Shown one piece after another: positions 29,327-37,848 of a stretch of DNA of 64,000 bases; within the stretch, counting starts at the first letter, position 1, and every line of letters begins with the position of its first letter. The translations under genes and the position numbers were made by a program. The stretch lies in IMG/VR virus record IMGVR_UViG_3300020473_000027. One strand, written 5' to 3'. A model generated the notes under the pieces. That model saw nothing but the letters and a program-made list of their open reading frames with translations. It did no database searches and was not told the DNA's origin. Origin of the DNA: an uncultured virus (IMG/VR IMGVR_UViG_3300020473_000027) (lineage: Duplodnaviria; Heunggongvirae; Uroviricota; Caudoviricetes).

Positions 29327-30534
29327 TATGAATTACCACCAGATATTTGTATAGCTCCACCATACTTCTTTTCGGTAGACTCGCAATATGCACAGAGATT
29401 ATATGAGTTTACAACAACCAGTTCTTTTGCTGGCTGATAATCTCCACAATAATCGCAAGACTTCATATCATACCTATTACCTCCATAAGAGCTACCAGAA
29501 ATATTAAACGAGGTATTATAACCACAGGTATCACATAGGTATCCATTGTAAGTATCTTCAACCTCGTCATATTGAAACTCTTGTTTACATTCTACGCACT
29601 TTACTTTCCAGTCTCCATTCGCGTCTAATCTCAGCTGAGCTTTCGGTTTAGCAACACACCTATAACACATTCCATCTTTTCTGTAAGTATTATCACCACA
29701 GACTTTACAAGAATCTGATATCCTAGAATAGAGGTTACCACCAAATCCGTATCCATCACCATACCCACCATATCCACCTGTATAGCTATATCTAGTATAA
29801 TTCTCATTAGTCTTGACTTTTATAGTATTTTCGTTTGGTGTTCCCCAAAACTCCCCTGTGTTGAACTCATAGACTTCATCAACTGGAAGTTCTTTTATGT
29901 CTATAACAAGACCAGCATCCTTTAACGAAGCTCCGAGAATTTTAGCAGTTGAAGCCCAAAATAGGCATCTTGCTTTTTTCCAGTATGCTACGTGAAGAGG
30001 TCTGCCTTCTTCGTGCATTAGCTTAAGCACTCTATAATCTTCATCAACCCAGCTTAACGCAAAGTCGCCCTCAAGAAGATCGAATACCTCCTGGTACTTT
30101 TCCTTCTTGTTAAGGAGACCGAAGATGACTTCTGAATCAACTTGAATACTCTTTCCTATTTTACTCGCTATCGTATCATAGTTATCTATAATACCATTAT
30201 GAGCACCGATTACACTACCTTTAACAAAGGGATGAGCATTTTGCTCTGTTACCATACCCTTAGTAGCTAATCTGACGTGACCCATAAATATAGTAGTATC
30301 AGCATCAATCTTCTCTAAGATTCCGTGCCAATCCTTACCACATACGAGTTCGTCGGAAGGAGTTAGAGTTTTATATACCAGCTTATCATCTTTTGAGCAA
30401 ATAGCAAATCCAGTAGAATCCTGTCCTCTTACTACCGATTCAAATGTCAAATTGCTGATAATATCCTCTATTCTGTCAAGTTGGGATTCAGATTGCCAGC
30501 CTTCTCGCTTAGCGAATCCGAATATTCCACACAT
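29326..30534 (-). CDS. Class II (Ntn) glutamine amidotransferase with C-terminal CxxC repeats
   Basis: 'MCGIFG', 'RGQDSTG', 'GHVRLAT.G', 'NAHPF', 'HNGII', 'DSEVI'. Confidence 0.93.
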   Translation of the reverse strand: MCGIFGFAKREGWQSESQLDRIEDIISNLTFESVVRGQDSTGFAICSKDDKLVYKTLTPSDELVCGKDWHGILEKIDADTTIFMGHVRLATKGMVTEQNAHPFVKGSVIGAHNGIIDNYDTIASKIGKSIQVDSEVIFGLLNKKEKYQEVFDLLEGDFALSWVDEDYRVLKLMHEEGRPLHVAYWKKARCLFWASTAKILGASLKDAGLVIDIKELPVDEVYEFNTGEFWGTPNENTIKVKTNENYTRYSYTGGYGGYGDGYGFGGNLYSRISDSCKVCGDNTYRKDGMCYRCVAKPKAQLRLDANGDWKVKCVECKQEFQYDEVEDTYNGYLCDTCGYNTSFNISGSSYGGNRYDMKSCDYCGDYQPAKELVVVNSYNLCAYCESTEKKYGGAIQISGGNS

Positions 30535-30580
30535 CTAACTGTTCCTTTCTTTTTTCTGTTAATAGTAATTACTCCGAAAT

Positions 30581-32461
30581 TCATTCAGCCACTACCCATA
30601 CTGGAGGTTCTCCTTGGGGAGATGGATTATTTCTGTCTATCATATCCCTAACATAGGGGATTAGACTATCAGCCTTCATTGCTGATAAGTAATCACTGAA
30701 ATCCTTTGATTCTTTCTGTATAAATAAATCTTTTATTTTATTACTAGTACCTTTGAGAAGATTTGCTCCAAAATCAGATATAGTTAGACAAAACATCATC
30801 CAATTAACTATACTTTGCGAATTGAGACTTCCGTGATGGTATCTGTATTCCACAGTTCCGTGAAGCATTCTGGAATGCATATTTAAACCTCTATATCTTG
30901 AGTCATTATACTTCTCAGTACTAGCATACGTATTGTTCATTTCTTTGTACCAAAGATTGCAAAATTCTCCAATACTCCTTACCTCTAATATAGCTTTTGT
31001 TGGTATCTTGTCGTTCATAGGAGTTGAATATCTATTCTTACTTCTCTCCAGAGGTAACATTTGATATATAAATGGTTCTAATGCTCTAGCAACAACCATT
31101 ATACCTTTTAATTCTGAAACTCCCAAATAAAATGCATCTGTATGCACGTGAATACCACAAGAATTATCTGTATACCACCCATCCTCCAATGCCCAATTAC
31201 AGAAGTCTTCTACTGAACGTAAAGCATCATCACCAACTTCTGGCATCATCATAAATTCTCTTCCACCTTCAGACAATGAACCATCGTGAGTATCAGACCA
31301 ATTTTTTGGATACCCATCTACGTAATCTCCACTATCTTCTAGCTCGGAATGCCATTCATCGTGAACACATTCGATCTCTACAGCTACTGGAGTTTTGCTT
31401 TTATTTAATCTATATATCTTGTCGCCAGGTAAAAGTATTTTACTTATTTGAGACCTACTGAGAGCTCTTGATGGATTTGTCATACCATTAAAACAGGCAA
31501 TATCGTAGCATTTAAAACATAAAAAATCTGAATTAAAATTATATTTATCTTTATCAATATGGATAGAGCTACATCCTCTACATTTAAAAATTCTATTCTC
31601 TTGGCAAAAAAAGCAAACTTTAATCTCTTTATATTCTGGCTCTGGCAAAAGCATAAACCGAAATGATGTATTGCAGTATCTTTTTGTACTCTCACAAACA
31701 TAACAATCATACTCATACTCATCGCAACAAGTATTACAGAGATGTTTGTTGTATCTTAAATTTATGTTCGCCTCTGGGTTTATCCATTCCTCGCATCCAT
31801 AACATCTCACAAATTCTCTAGCCTCAAAATTAATCCTTTTTCCAATCTCTCTAAGAGATTTAATCAGCTTACTTCTTTCAGGGCTTTCAGGTTCAAGGGG
31901 TGAGTTATCTCCATAATTATTTTTAATTTCTAATTCCGTCAAAGGAGAAAGCGTTGCATCTGCCAATTCTTTCGACATATACGCCCACTTACCTCTTTTT
32001 GGCGTTAATAGCTGTATATTTCCGTTGCTCTTATATATGTCAAATATATAACCTATCCTACCATAACCCTCTTCATCGTATCCATCATCAATTTGCTCCT
32101 CAAGAGCAGTATCGAAGGTAACTAATTGACCAACTCTCCAATCCCTTGAATCTGACACTAGTCCTATTTGTTCCCAGTGAAGATATCTCTCTGTATCTAC
32201 TACATTTGAGTTTAATATTACACCACCTGCCGTTTCATCGTCAATTTGTGGCAATCCTCCTGAATCTACGCTACTATCTGTATCTGCTTCAAGGGTAAAC
32301 ATTTCAACTGAGAAATAAGTCTCATAACAATATGGACTATCATCTATATCTCTTAAATCTGTAATCTCGCCAAGAGAATCATAAGCCAAATCTTCCTCGT
32401 GGTGATTGCTCGATCGGAGTAAAAATACTTTTTCTCCTTGATTAAAGTAATACTTAGGCAT
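30581..32461 (-). CDS. Second amidoligase with long N-terminal extension and CxxC repeats
   Basis: 'AVEIE', 'DGSL', 'G.EF', 'SCGIHVH', 'RYRGLN', 'GTVEYR'. Confidence 0.88.
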   Translation of the reverse strand: MPKYYFNQGEKVFLLRSSNHHEEDLAYDSLGEITDLRDIDDSPYCYETYFSVEMFTLEADTDSSVDSGGLPQIDDETAGGVILNSNVVDTERYLHWEQIGLVSDSRDWRVGQLVTFDTALEEQIDDGYDEEGYGRIGYIFDIYKSNGNIQLLTPKRGKWAYMSKELADATLSPLTELEIKNNYGDNSPLEPESPERSKLIKSLREIGKRINFEAREFVRCYGCEEWINPEANINLRYNKHLCNTCCDEYEYDCYVCESTKRYCNTSFRFMLLPEPEYKEIKVCFFCQENRIFKCRGCSSIHIDKDKYNFNSDFLCFKCYDIACFNGMTNPSRALSRSQISKILLPGDKIYRLNKSKTPVAVEIECVHDEWHSELEDSGDYVDGYPKNWSDTHDGSLSEGGREFMMMPEVGDDALRSVEDFCNWALEDGWYTDNSCGIHVHTDAFYLGVSELKGIMVVARALEPFIYQMLPLERSKNRYSTPMNDKIPTKAILEVRSIGEFCNLWYKEMNNTYASTEKYNDSRYRGLNMHSRMLHGTVEYRYHHGSLNSQSIVNWMMFCLTISDFGANLLKGTSNKIKDLFIQKESKDFSDYLSAMKADSLIPYVRDMIDRNNPSPQGEPPVWVVAE

Positions 32462-32509
32462 AATATATCTCTTTAGTGTTTAATTCTTGTACCAAGAATA
32501 ATCTCCTTA

Positions 32510-32668
32510 TCAAGTAATTCCAGGTTTATTATTCTTAATCATCTTTAATCTCTCTATATATGCATCAGCTTCTTCTTGGTTCTTAGCGTAGAACTTCTTA
32601 CCCTCATATTCGTATGGCTTGAGATTATGTTTTATGTGGAAGGGGAGTCGTTTTTTCTTTCTCGCCAT
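32510..32668 (-). CDS. 52-aa basic hypothetical protein
   Basis: Hand translation; AAGGAG SD. Confidence 0.5.
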   Translation of the reverse strand: MARKKKRLPFHIKHNLKPYEYEGKKFYAKNQEEADAYIERLKMIKNNKPGIT

Positions 32669-32802
32669 TTCTTATCTCCTTTTATTACATATAATATATA
32701 GTAAAATACTCCAGACAGAAAACTGCCTCCTGTTAATAGGATATATGCCAAGCCGTGAGGCTCACCACAAAATCCGAGTAAATGTTTAATTGTCTCTATC
32801 AT
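32632..32802 (-). CDS. 56-aa membrane peptide (HLLGFCGEPH motif)
   Basis: Hand translation; GGAG SD; TM segment. Confidence 0.5.
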   Translation of the reverse strand: MIETIKHLLGFCGEPHGLAYILLTGGSFLSGVFYYILYVIKGDKKWRERKNDSPST

Positions 32803-32894
32803 AAAATATAAATTTTAGACTCCTATCCAAAAAAGAATTTAATACATTTTTTTTCATAAAGTCAAGTCTTTTTTTTTAGAGATAAAAATAATTT

Positions 32895-32949
32895 TAGAGT
32901 GCTTTAATACCCTCTGAAGCGTCTCTAGTGTGCTTTAATACTCTCTGAA
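32895..32949. repeat. Two tandem ~24-bp direct repeats (TAG.GTGCTTTAATAC.CTCTGAA), 31-bp period
   Basis: Read directly; core TTTAATACCCTCTG recurs at 36138-36151. Confidence 0.75.
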
Positions 32950-33068
32950 AAGACTCTTCTAATTAGAGCTGAGTATGCCTTACTTATCTGTTCTTCGGGG
33001 ATTTCCGAGGTAGAAAGCTGGCCTGGTATCTTTTGTGGACAAAATATTATTTATTCCTCTTTATTATT

Positions 33069-33272
33069 TTAATTACAATTTGAACAACATCGAGTACTAT
33101 TTTCAACTGTTACATTCATCTCTATCTTCTTTCCTCTCTGGTCTTCAAAACTAATTGTACTACTATCTTTTTTCTCTTTGATTGTTACGTGCTTAACTTC
33201 AGAGATTCCTTCTTCTCTCAGAATAAGATGGATAGCACTATTAAGATTATGTGTATCTGCCATATGTATCAC
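33069..33272 (-). CDS. Small early-region protein
   Basis: AAGGAGGTG SD favours the MADT start. Confidence 0.55.
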   Translation of the reverse strand: MIHMADTHNLNSAIHLILREEGISEVKHVTIKEKKDSSTISFEDQRGKKIEMNVTVENSTRCCSNCN

Positions 33273-33298
33273 CTCCTTTCTTGGCGTTTAATGATTGT

Positions 33299-33664
33299 TT
33301 ATTGCGAAGAGCATTTACATTTACATTTTTTATCTCCATATGCATATACTCTCCTTCCCCAAGTATCGTAAAGAACTTTCCAGTCGCCATTTTCCTCTCT
33401 TTCAAGAACAGTTATAAATTCGACAGAAATAGGTTCTTTGGAGCAAACATCATATCTACTATCATTTACCACAAAACAGATATAACCTTTCCAATTAGCC
33501 TTATTTACTGCCATAATTCGCATATTATCAAGTCCAATACTCTCCCAATCATCTTCAAACTCACCTTCGAACTTTCTAATAACTTCGTTAATCTCTTCAT
33601 GCCAACCTAACTCTAAAATAGCTTCTTGGTCGGTTCCCATCTCCCATTTATTATCTTTTAACAT
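33299..33664 (-). CDS. Early-region hypothetical protein
   Basis: AAGGAGGTGA SD. Confidence 0.65.
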   Translation of the reverse strand: MLKDNKWEMGTDQEAILELGWHEEINEVIRKFEGEFEDDWESIGLDNMRIMAVNKANWKGYICFVVNDSRYDVCSKEPISVEFITVLEREENGDWKVLYDTWGRRVYAYGDKKCKCKCSSQ

Positions 33665-33700
33665 CTAAATCACCTCCTTTCTATAATGTTTTAGGTTAAT

Positions 33701-33958
33701 TTAATGTACTCTACGAAGCATAAATCCTCTTCTTCTACGCTTAATTTCTTTATTAGTTATTCGTAGATAAAGACTAAATGCTCTTGCATTGTCTCTATGA
33801 ACAATACCCTGTCCAATATATCCTCCAACTTTTGGTTTCCTATATCTTCTTTTAAGTCTGTAAATAGAATCTATATTTGTCAAATATCTATTTAAGAGAC
33901 TAACCATTTTACGAGTAAACCAATTATTAGGTATTCCCCTTGCGATATGCTCATACAT
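33701..33958 (-). CDS. Early-region basic protein
   Basis: AAGGAGGTGA SD. Confidence 0.6.
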   Translation of the reverse strand: MYEHIARGIPNNWFTRKMVSLLNRYLTNIDSIYRLKRRYRKPKVGGYIGQGIVHRDNARAFSLYLRITNKEIKRRRRGFMLRRVH

Positions 33959-34124
33959 CTTGTTTCACCTCCTTTCTTTTTCTTACGTAATGCCAAATGG
34001 CTATGAGTTGTTTCTTGTGATAAGAGTTAGCCTTATGGCGAGTTATATTAAAATATTTCTGAGCCCATTCGGAAAGCTCGTGCTTAGTACGAAGAGGGCA
34101 TTTGTTATATGAATAATTTATCAT
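33951..34124 (-). CDS. 57-aa hypothetical protein
   Basis: Hand translation; overlaps the start of the next gene. Confidence 0.45.
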   Translation of the reverse strand: MINYSYNKCPLRTKHELSEWAQKYFNITRHKANSYHKKQLIAIWHYVRKRKEVKQDV

Positions 34125-34418
34125 AATGCTGGCTTGGTTAATGATATGAGGTTATAAAATTAACTAGATAGACGCATTATAATAAATTGTAAAACTAAGA
34201 GTAATAATAAACATTACGAGAATAAATATTTCGAAATATCTATCCAATAAATCTCTAATTTTATTTAACATTTTTAGTTATCTCCTTTTAGAATAATATA
34301 TAGATTAATGTGCTAACACCTAATATAAGTATTATGCTGAACATTACAAAAAATATACATTCGATTATTAAGCTGGTTAGTTGTTTTAAGCTATCCATTT
34401 TATTATCTCCTTTTTTTG

Positions 34419-34694
34419 TTAAATTCCCATTTTTTTATCTATTTTATAGTGTTGTAATCTCCAATCTTGTCCAACACTAACAAATACGGCACTCCCAAGA
34501 TGAAAAACATCTGGAAAAACATCTTTATCATAGACCATTTCAAATATAACTAATGCGTAGTTACATCTGGGTTTATCCCATAACCAGTTCCTTCCGTGCG
34601 AGATAAAACCATCTTGTATGCAACCACTTTTTATTCCAGATAATTCGTCATTCAGAATATCTTCGAATGTGCTAATAGTTTTATTGTCTAACAT
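34419..34694 (-). CDS. Early-region hypothetical protein
   Basis: GGGAGGTGA SD. Confidence 0.6.
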   Translation of the reverse strand: MLDNKTISTFEDILNDELSGIKSGCIQDGFISHGRNWLWDKPRCNYALVIFEMVYDKDVFPDVFHLGSAVFVSVGQDWRLQHYKIDKKMGI

Positions 34695-34726
34695 CTAATT
34701 CACCTCCCTTCTAAGAAGTTATTAGG

Positions 34727-35218
34727 TTAATATGTTCTATCAAATATCCGTTGGTCTATCTTTTTGACCTTTGACTGAACTTTGTTATTTCTGGGTATTC
34801 TACTATTTTTTATCTTTTTTTCCATCTTCTCTTGTGCTTCTTCTATCTTTGGCGTTTGGTCTACTACTTCACCATCAGCTTTTTCTACCCATTCTGTGAA
34901 AACGCGATAATCCTGAAAAAGTGTATTAGTATTATGGTCATAAAGCTCGAAAGATTGGTTTCTGAATTGACATTTCTGATAATGTGGTTTTATTATTAAT
35001 AAACATACACTAAGAGATGGTAAGTTATTAGTCTCGTTTCCACTTGGAAATGTAAGATTCCAACCATCTGGCGTTTTACAAATCTCAAATCGCATTGGTT
35101 TTAGACCTTTGCTTTTAGTAGATTTAATCAACGCATCTCTTGATTGCTTTAATTCCTCTAATTTCTTTTCCGTATTAGATATACGCTTATCCATTAGATT
35201 AATTAAATTATCTGACAT
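34727..35218 (-). CDS. First gene of the leftward early operon, hypothetical
   Basis: AAAGG SD; promoter directly upstream. Confidence 0.65.
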   Translation of the reverse strand: MSDNLINLMDKRISNTEKKLEELKQSRDALIKSTKSKGLKPMRFEICKTPDGWNLTFPSGNETNNLPSLSVCLLIIKPHYQKCQFRNQSFELYDHNTNTLFQDYRVFTEWVEKADGEVVDQTPKIEEAQEKMEKKIKNSRIPRNNKVQSKVKKIDQRIFDRTY

Positions 35219-35273
35219 TTAATTACCTTTCTGGTTACTTTGATTAATTCTGGATATAATCTTCATTTGTTAG

Positions 35274-35302
35274 AAGTTACGAAAAAATAATGACAATTCC
35301 AA
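35274..35302 (-). promoter_or_regulatory. Putative early promoter
   Basis: TTGGAA-17 nt-TAACTT on the minus strand. Confidence 0.5.
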
Positions 35303-35532
35303 GAACTTTCTTTTATTAAAATCTCAGACTAAATACTTGTCCTAAAGCTATGATCAGGGAAATGTTAAAATGGGAGGATCGTGGTTTAATACTATCTATT
35401 AAATAATTAGACTTCTAATAGTTTGTTAAATTATAGGTGTATAATCGAATTAGTTTGTTTAATTGATAGATAATCATTAATATTAGTTATGTCAATTACG
35501 ACATATATTAACAAAACAAGAAAGGACATAAA

Positions 35533-35923
35533 AATGTCTAAAAATGAAGAAAATAAGAAAAAACTAGCTACCTATCATTTCGAAGGTTGCGTTCAAACAT
35601 TAGTAGGTGCTTTTACCACTTTTAATGTTAAGGCGTCTAAGAAAGAAGTAGAAGAATATCGTAGAATGGTAGAAGCCTATACAATAGATGAAATGAATAA
35701 TGCCGTTTTGCCGTTAGGTTTGAAAGTTAAGGTTAGAAAAAACCTAAACTATATGAAACTACCACTAGAAGCACAAAAGAAGGTAGACGAAGTAGATAGG
35801 GCTATTGGTGATGATAATTGCTATCAATGTAGTGATGGTACGTTATTAGAAATAGGTAGGTATATAAAAACACCTACATCAAAAAAGCCTAGTTTCGTTC
35901 CATTTAAAAAGGATAAGAATTAG
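35533..35923 (+). CDS. Stand-alone hypothetical protein
   Basis: AAGGA SD before ATG 35533 (ORF open from 35489); followed by its own terminator. Confidence 0.65.
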
Positions 35924-35952
35924 ATTTAATTCTAATCCTTAGAAAGAAGAAG

Positions 35953-35985
35953 AAAAGCCTAGCCTAAAAAACTAGGCTTTTTTTT
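35953..35985 (+). terminator. Rho-independent terminator (possibly bidirectional)
   Basis: AAAAGCCTAG-loop-CTAGGCTTTT plus T run. Confidence 0.85.
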
Positions 35986-36221
35986 ACCCTTTAATTATTA
36001 CTATTTAGATTTTTTAATTTATAACTATGTTTCGGGATCTAGATTTTTCAACTAAATTAGAAATTTTCAATCTAGGTAGACGGGGATGCCCTTTTTCGCG
36101 ATAAAGACCCACACACATTGTAATCCAATTTTTGTAGTTTAATACCCTCTGGTAGTATATCTATAATATAACATCACAGGTCAAATATAAATATAGCGTT
36201 TAAACGCTGAATTTGGTACTT

Positions 36222-36455
36222 CTACCGCATTTTTATGATTTCTTGGTATGAAGGTATGGATTGTTGTGTTTTTGGCACAATTTCGACATATTCATACTTT
36301 TGGTGTACGAAGCAATAATTATCTTTATTTATCAATACATTTTCAAAATAATGTTTTCTTCCTTGCGCATCTTGTACAAATAGGGAAGCATCCTCTTTTA
36401 TATTGTTTTTATAAGAACAGCTTTGTAATATAAGTAAGATTAGTAATTTCTTCAT
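36222..36455 (-). CDS. Putative small lipoprotein
   Basis: MKKLLILLILQSC signal peptide/lipobox. Confidence 0.6.
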   Translation of the reverse strand: MKKLLILLILQSCSYKNNIKEDASLFVQDAQGRKHYFENVLINKDNYCFVHQKYEYVEIVPKTQQSIPSYQEIIKMR

Positions 36456-36598
36456 TTTTCGTTTTTTTCAATCTTTTTCTTTTTTCTATAATCTGGTACC
36501 ACAGTACGTGATTCAACCCAATCCTTAAAAATTTTGGTATAATTTTTTGCATATCGAGTAAAATCGGTAACTCGATTTCTATCGCCTTTACCATTCAT
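36452..36598 (-). CDS. 48-aa basic protein (MNGKGDRNRV...YAKNYTKIF)
   Basis: AAAGGAG SD; ATGA overlap with the lipoprotein gene; preferred to the track ORF 36409-36594. Confidence 0.65.
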   Translation of the reverse strand: MNGKGDRNRVTDFTRYAKNYTKIFKDWVESRTVVPDYRKKKKIEKNEK

Positions 36599-36648
36599 GC
36601 GATCTCCTTTCTTTCTTTCACTATTACGTTAGTAATAGTTTTCTTTCT

Positions 36649-36672
36649 TATATATATATAATATATATATAT
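36649..36672. repeat. (TA)n tract
   Basis: Read directly; one AA interruption. Confidence 0.9.
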
Positions 36673-36698
36673 TAATATTTATCTCCCCACGTAATAAC

Positions 36699-36727
36699 AA
36701 TATAAGCCTTAAGTAGCAGTTTGTCAA
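36699..36727 (-). promoter_or_regulatory. TTGACA-17-TATATT promoter with TTAAGGCT motif
   Basis: Minus strand reads TTGACA aactgctacttaaggct TATATT. Confidence 0.7.
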
Positions 36728-36751
36728 GTTTTATTTTAAATTATTTTTTAC

Positions 36752-36780
36752 TTGTTTCATATTTTTATGTTTTGTAATCT
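36752..36780 (+). promoter_or_regulatory. Sigma70-type promoter TTGTTT-17-TAATCT
   Basis: Homologous to 27722-27750; GTG start 5 nt downstream. Confidence 0.65.
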
Positions 36781-36785
36781 TTAAT

Positions 36786-36992
36786 GTGAAAAAGAGTAGT
36801 AAAACAGATGCTAGACGATATTGTGCTAATTGGCATGCGGGGAAATGTCTTGGTGCAATGATGTATCGTGAAGACGGCGAACTACGATTTGTGATGGATT
36901 CAAAGAAGGTGGGCAAAGATTGCGTCGTAGATGAAGGCTGTGAATACTTTGATAATGTAGTAATCCCTGGAATGGAGGACAATGGGCGATAA
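36786..36992 (+). CDS. Small Cys-rich protein, probably leaderless
   Basis: Four Cys; no SD; start abuts the promoter. Confidence 0.6.
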   Translation: MKKSSKTDARRYCANWHAGKCLGAMMYREDGELRFVMDSKKVGKDCVVDEGCEYFDNVVIPGMEDNGR

Positions 36993-37134
36993 AAAGAAAG
37001 TACCACCAAAACAAATAAAGTTTTTGGAGCGAATGATTGATGATGTTAAAAGGAAAGATAGACCAATAAGGGCGCAAGTGATACCATGTACGGTTCCAGC
37101 CTGGGGTTCAATCAAAAAAGAAAAAGGAGAATAA
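36982..37134 (+). CDS. 50-aa basic hypothetical protein
   Basis: Hand translation; GGAGG SD. Confidence 0.5.
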   Translation: MGDKKKVPPKQIKFLERMIDDVKRKDRPIRAQVIPCTVPAWGSIKKEKGE

Positions 37135-37428
37135 ATGCGTAAAATAGATATTGGCGGACATAAATACTCAGTTAAGTTCATGGATGGTGAAAAAGCAGGT
37201 GAAGGTAATAAATACTTATTTGGAATGAATAATCCTCGTACATGCGAGATATTTCTAGATGAGAAGCTTGTTACATCAAGAAGGAACGAAACTTTCTTGC
37301 ATGAAGTAATTCATGTGATTCTCGTAAATACTGGTTGTGAGCACGATGAAGGGCTTATAGAGAGTCTTGCTAACGGTTTTCATCAATTAGGAGTAGGAGA
37401 GTATCTGTGGAAAAAAGTAGACAAGTAA
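37135..37428 (+). CDS. HExxH metallopeptidase-like protein
   Basis: 'ETFLHEVIH...HDE'. Confidence 0.75.
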   Translation: MRKIDIGGHKYSVKFMDGEKAGEGNKYLFGMNNPRTCEIFLDEKLVTSRRNETFLHEVIHVILVNTGCEHDEGLIESLANGFHQLGVGEYLWKKVDK

Positions 37429-37760
37429 TAGATAATATTGAAACAAGCTATCCTGTAATGATGGATAGGTTTAAAAATATTACTAATGAACAATATGAAT
37501 TGTTTTGTCGAAAGCAATATGACTACGGTAGTGGGAATATAACACTTGGTGGCGATCTTGACGATGATGATGATAGAATGCTTGCTTTGACAGCTCTAGT
37601 GATAAGAATGAATGATAAAGTAAACCGATTGAAAAATATAATATTAAAGCATAAGGGTAGTAATGCTGTTAATGGTGAAACCTACATGGATGCATTTAAG
37701 GATTTGTCGGTATATGGAGTTATTGCACAGCTTGTCTCAGAGAAAGTGTGGGGAAAATGA
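37407..37760 (+). CDS. DUF1599/nucleotide-modification-associated (all-alpha NTP pyrophosphohydrolase-like) protein
   Basis: 'K..DYG..N', 'IRM.DK..RL', 'E...D...DL..Y'. Confidence 0.75.
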   Translation: MEKSRQVIDNIETSYPVMMDRFKNITNEQYELFCRKQYDYGSGNITLGGDLDDDDDRMLALTALVIRMNDKVNRLKNIILKHKGSNAVNGETYMDAFKDLSVYGVIAQLVSEKVWGK

Positions 37761-37848
37761 GAATATTGTTTCTTTACATTGAATCTTTATTCTTAAGATT
37801 AGCTCTTAAGATAAATTGGTTTATTAGCAAGCATAGGAGAAAATAAAA

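Noticed and set aside
32895..32949. Mini CRISPR array
   Set aside because: Only two units with a ~7-nt gap, too short for a spacer.
36409..36594. Track ORF MVKAIEIE...
   Set aside because: The alternative frame 36452-36598 has better SD spacing and an ATGA overlap with the next gene.
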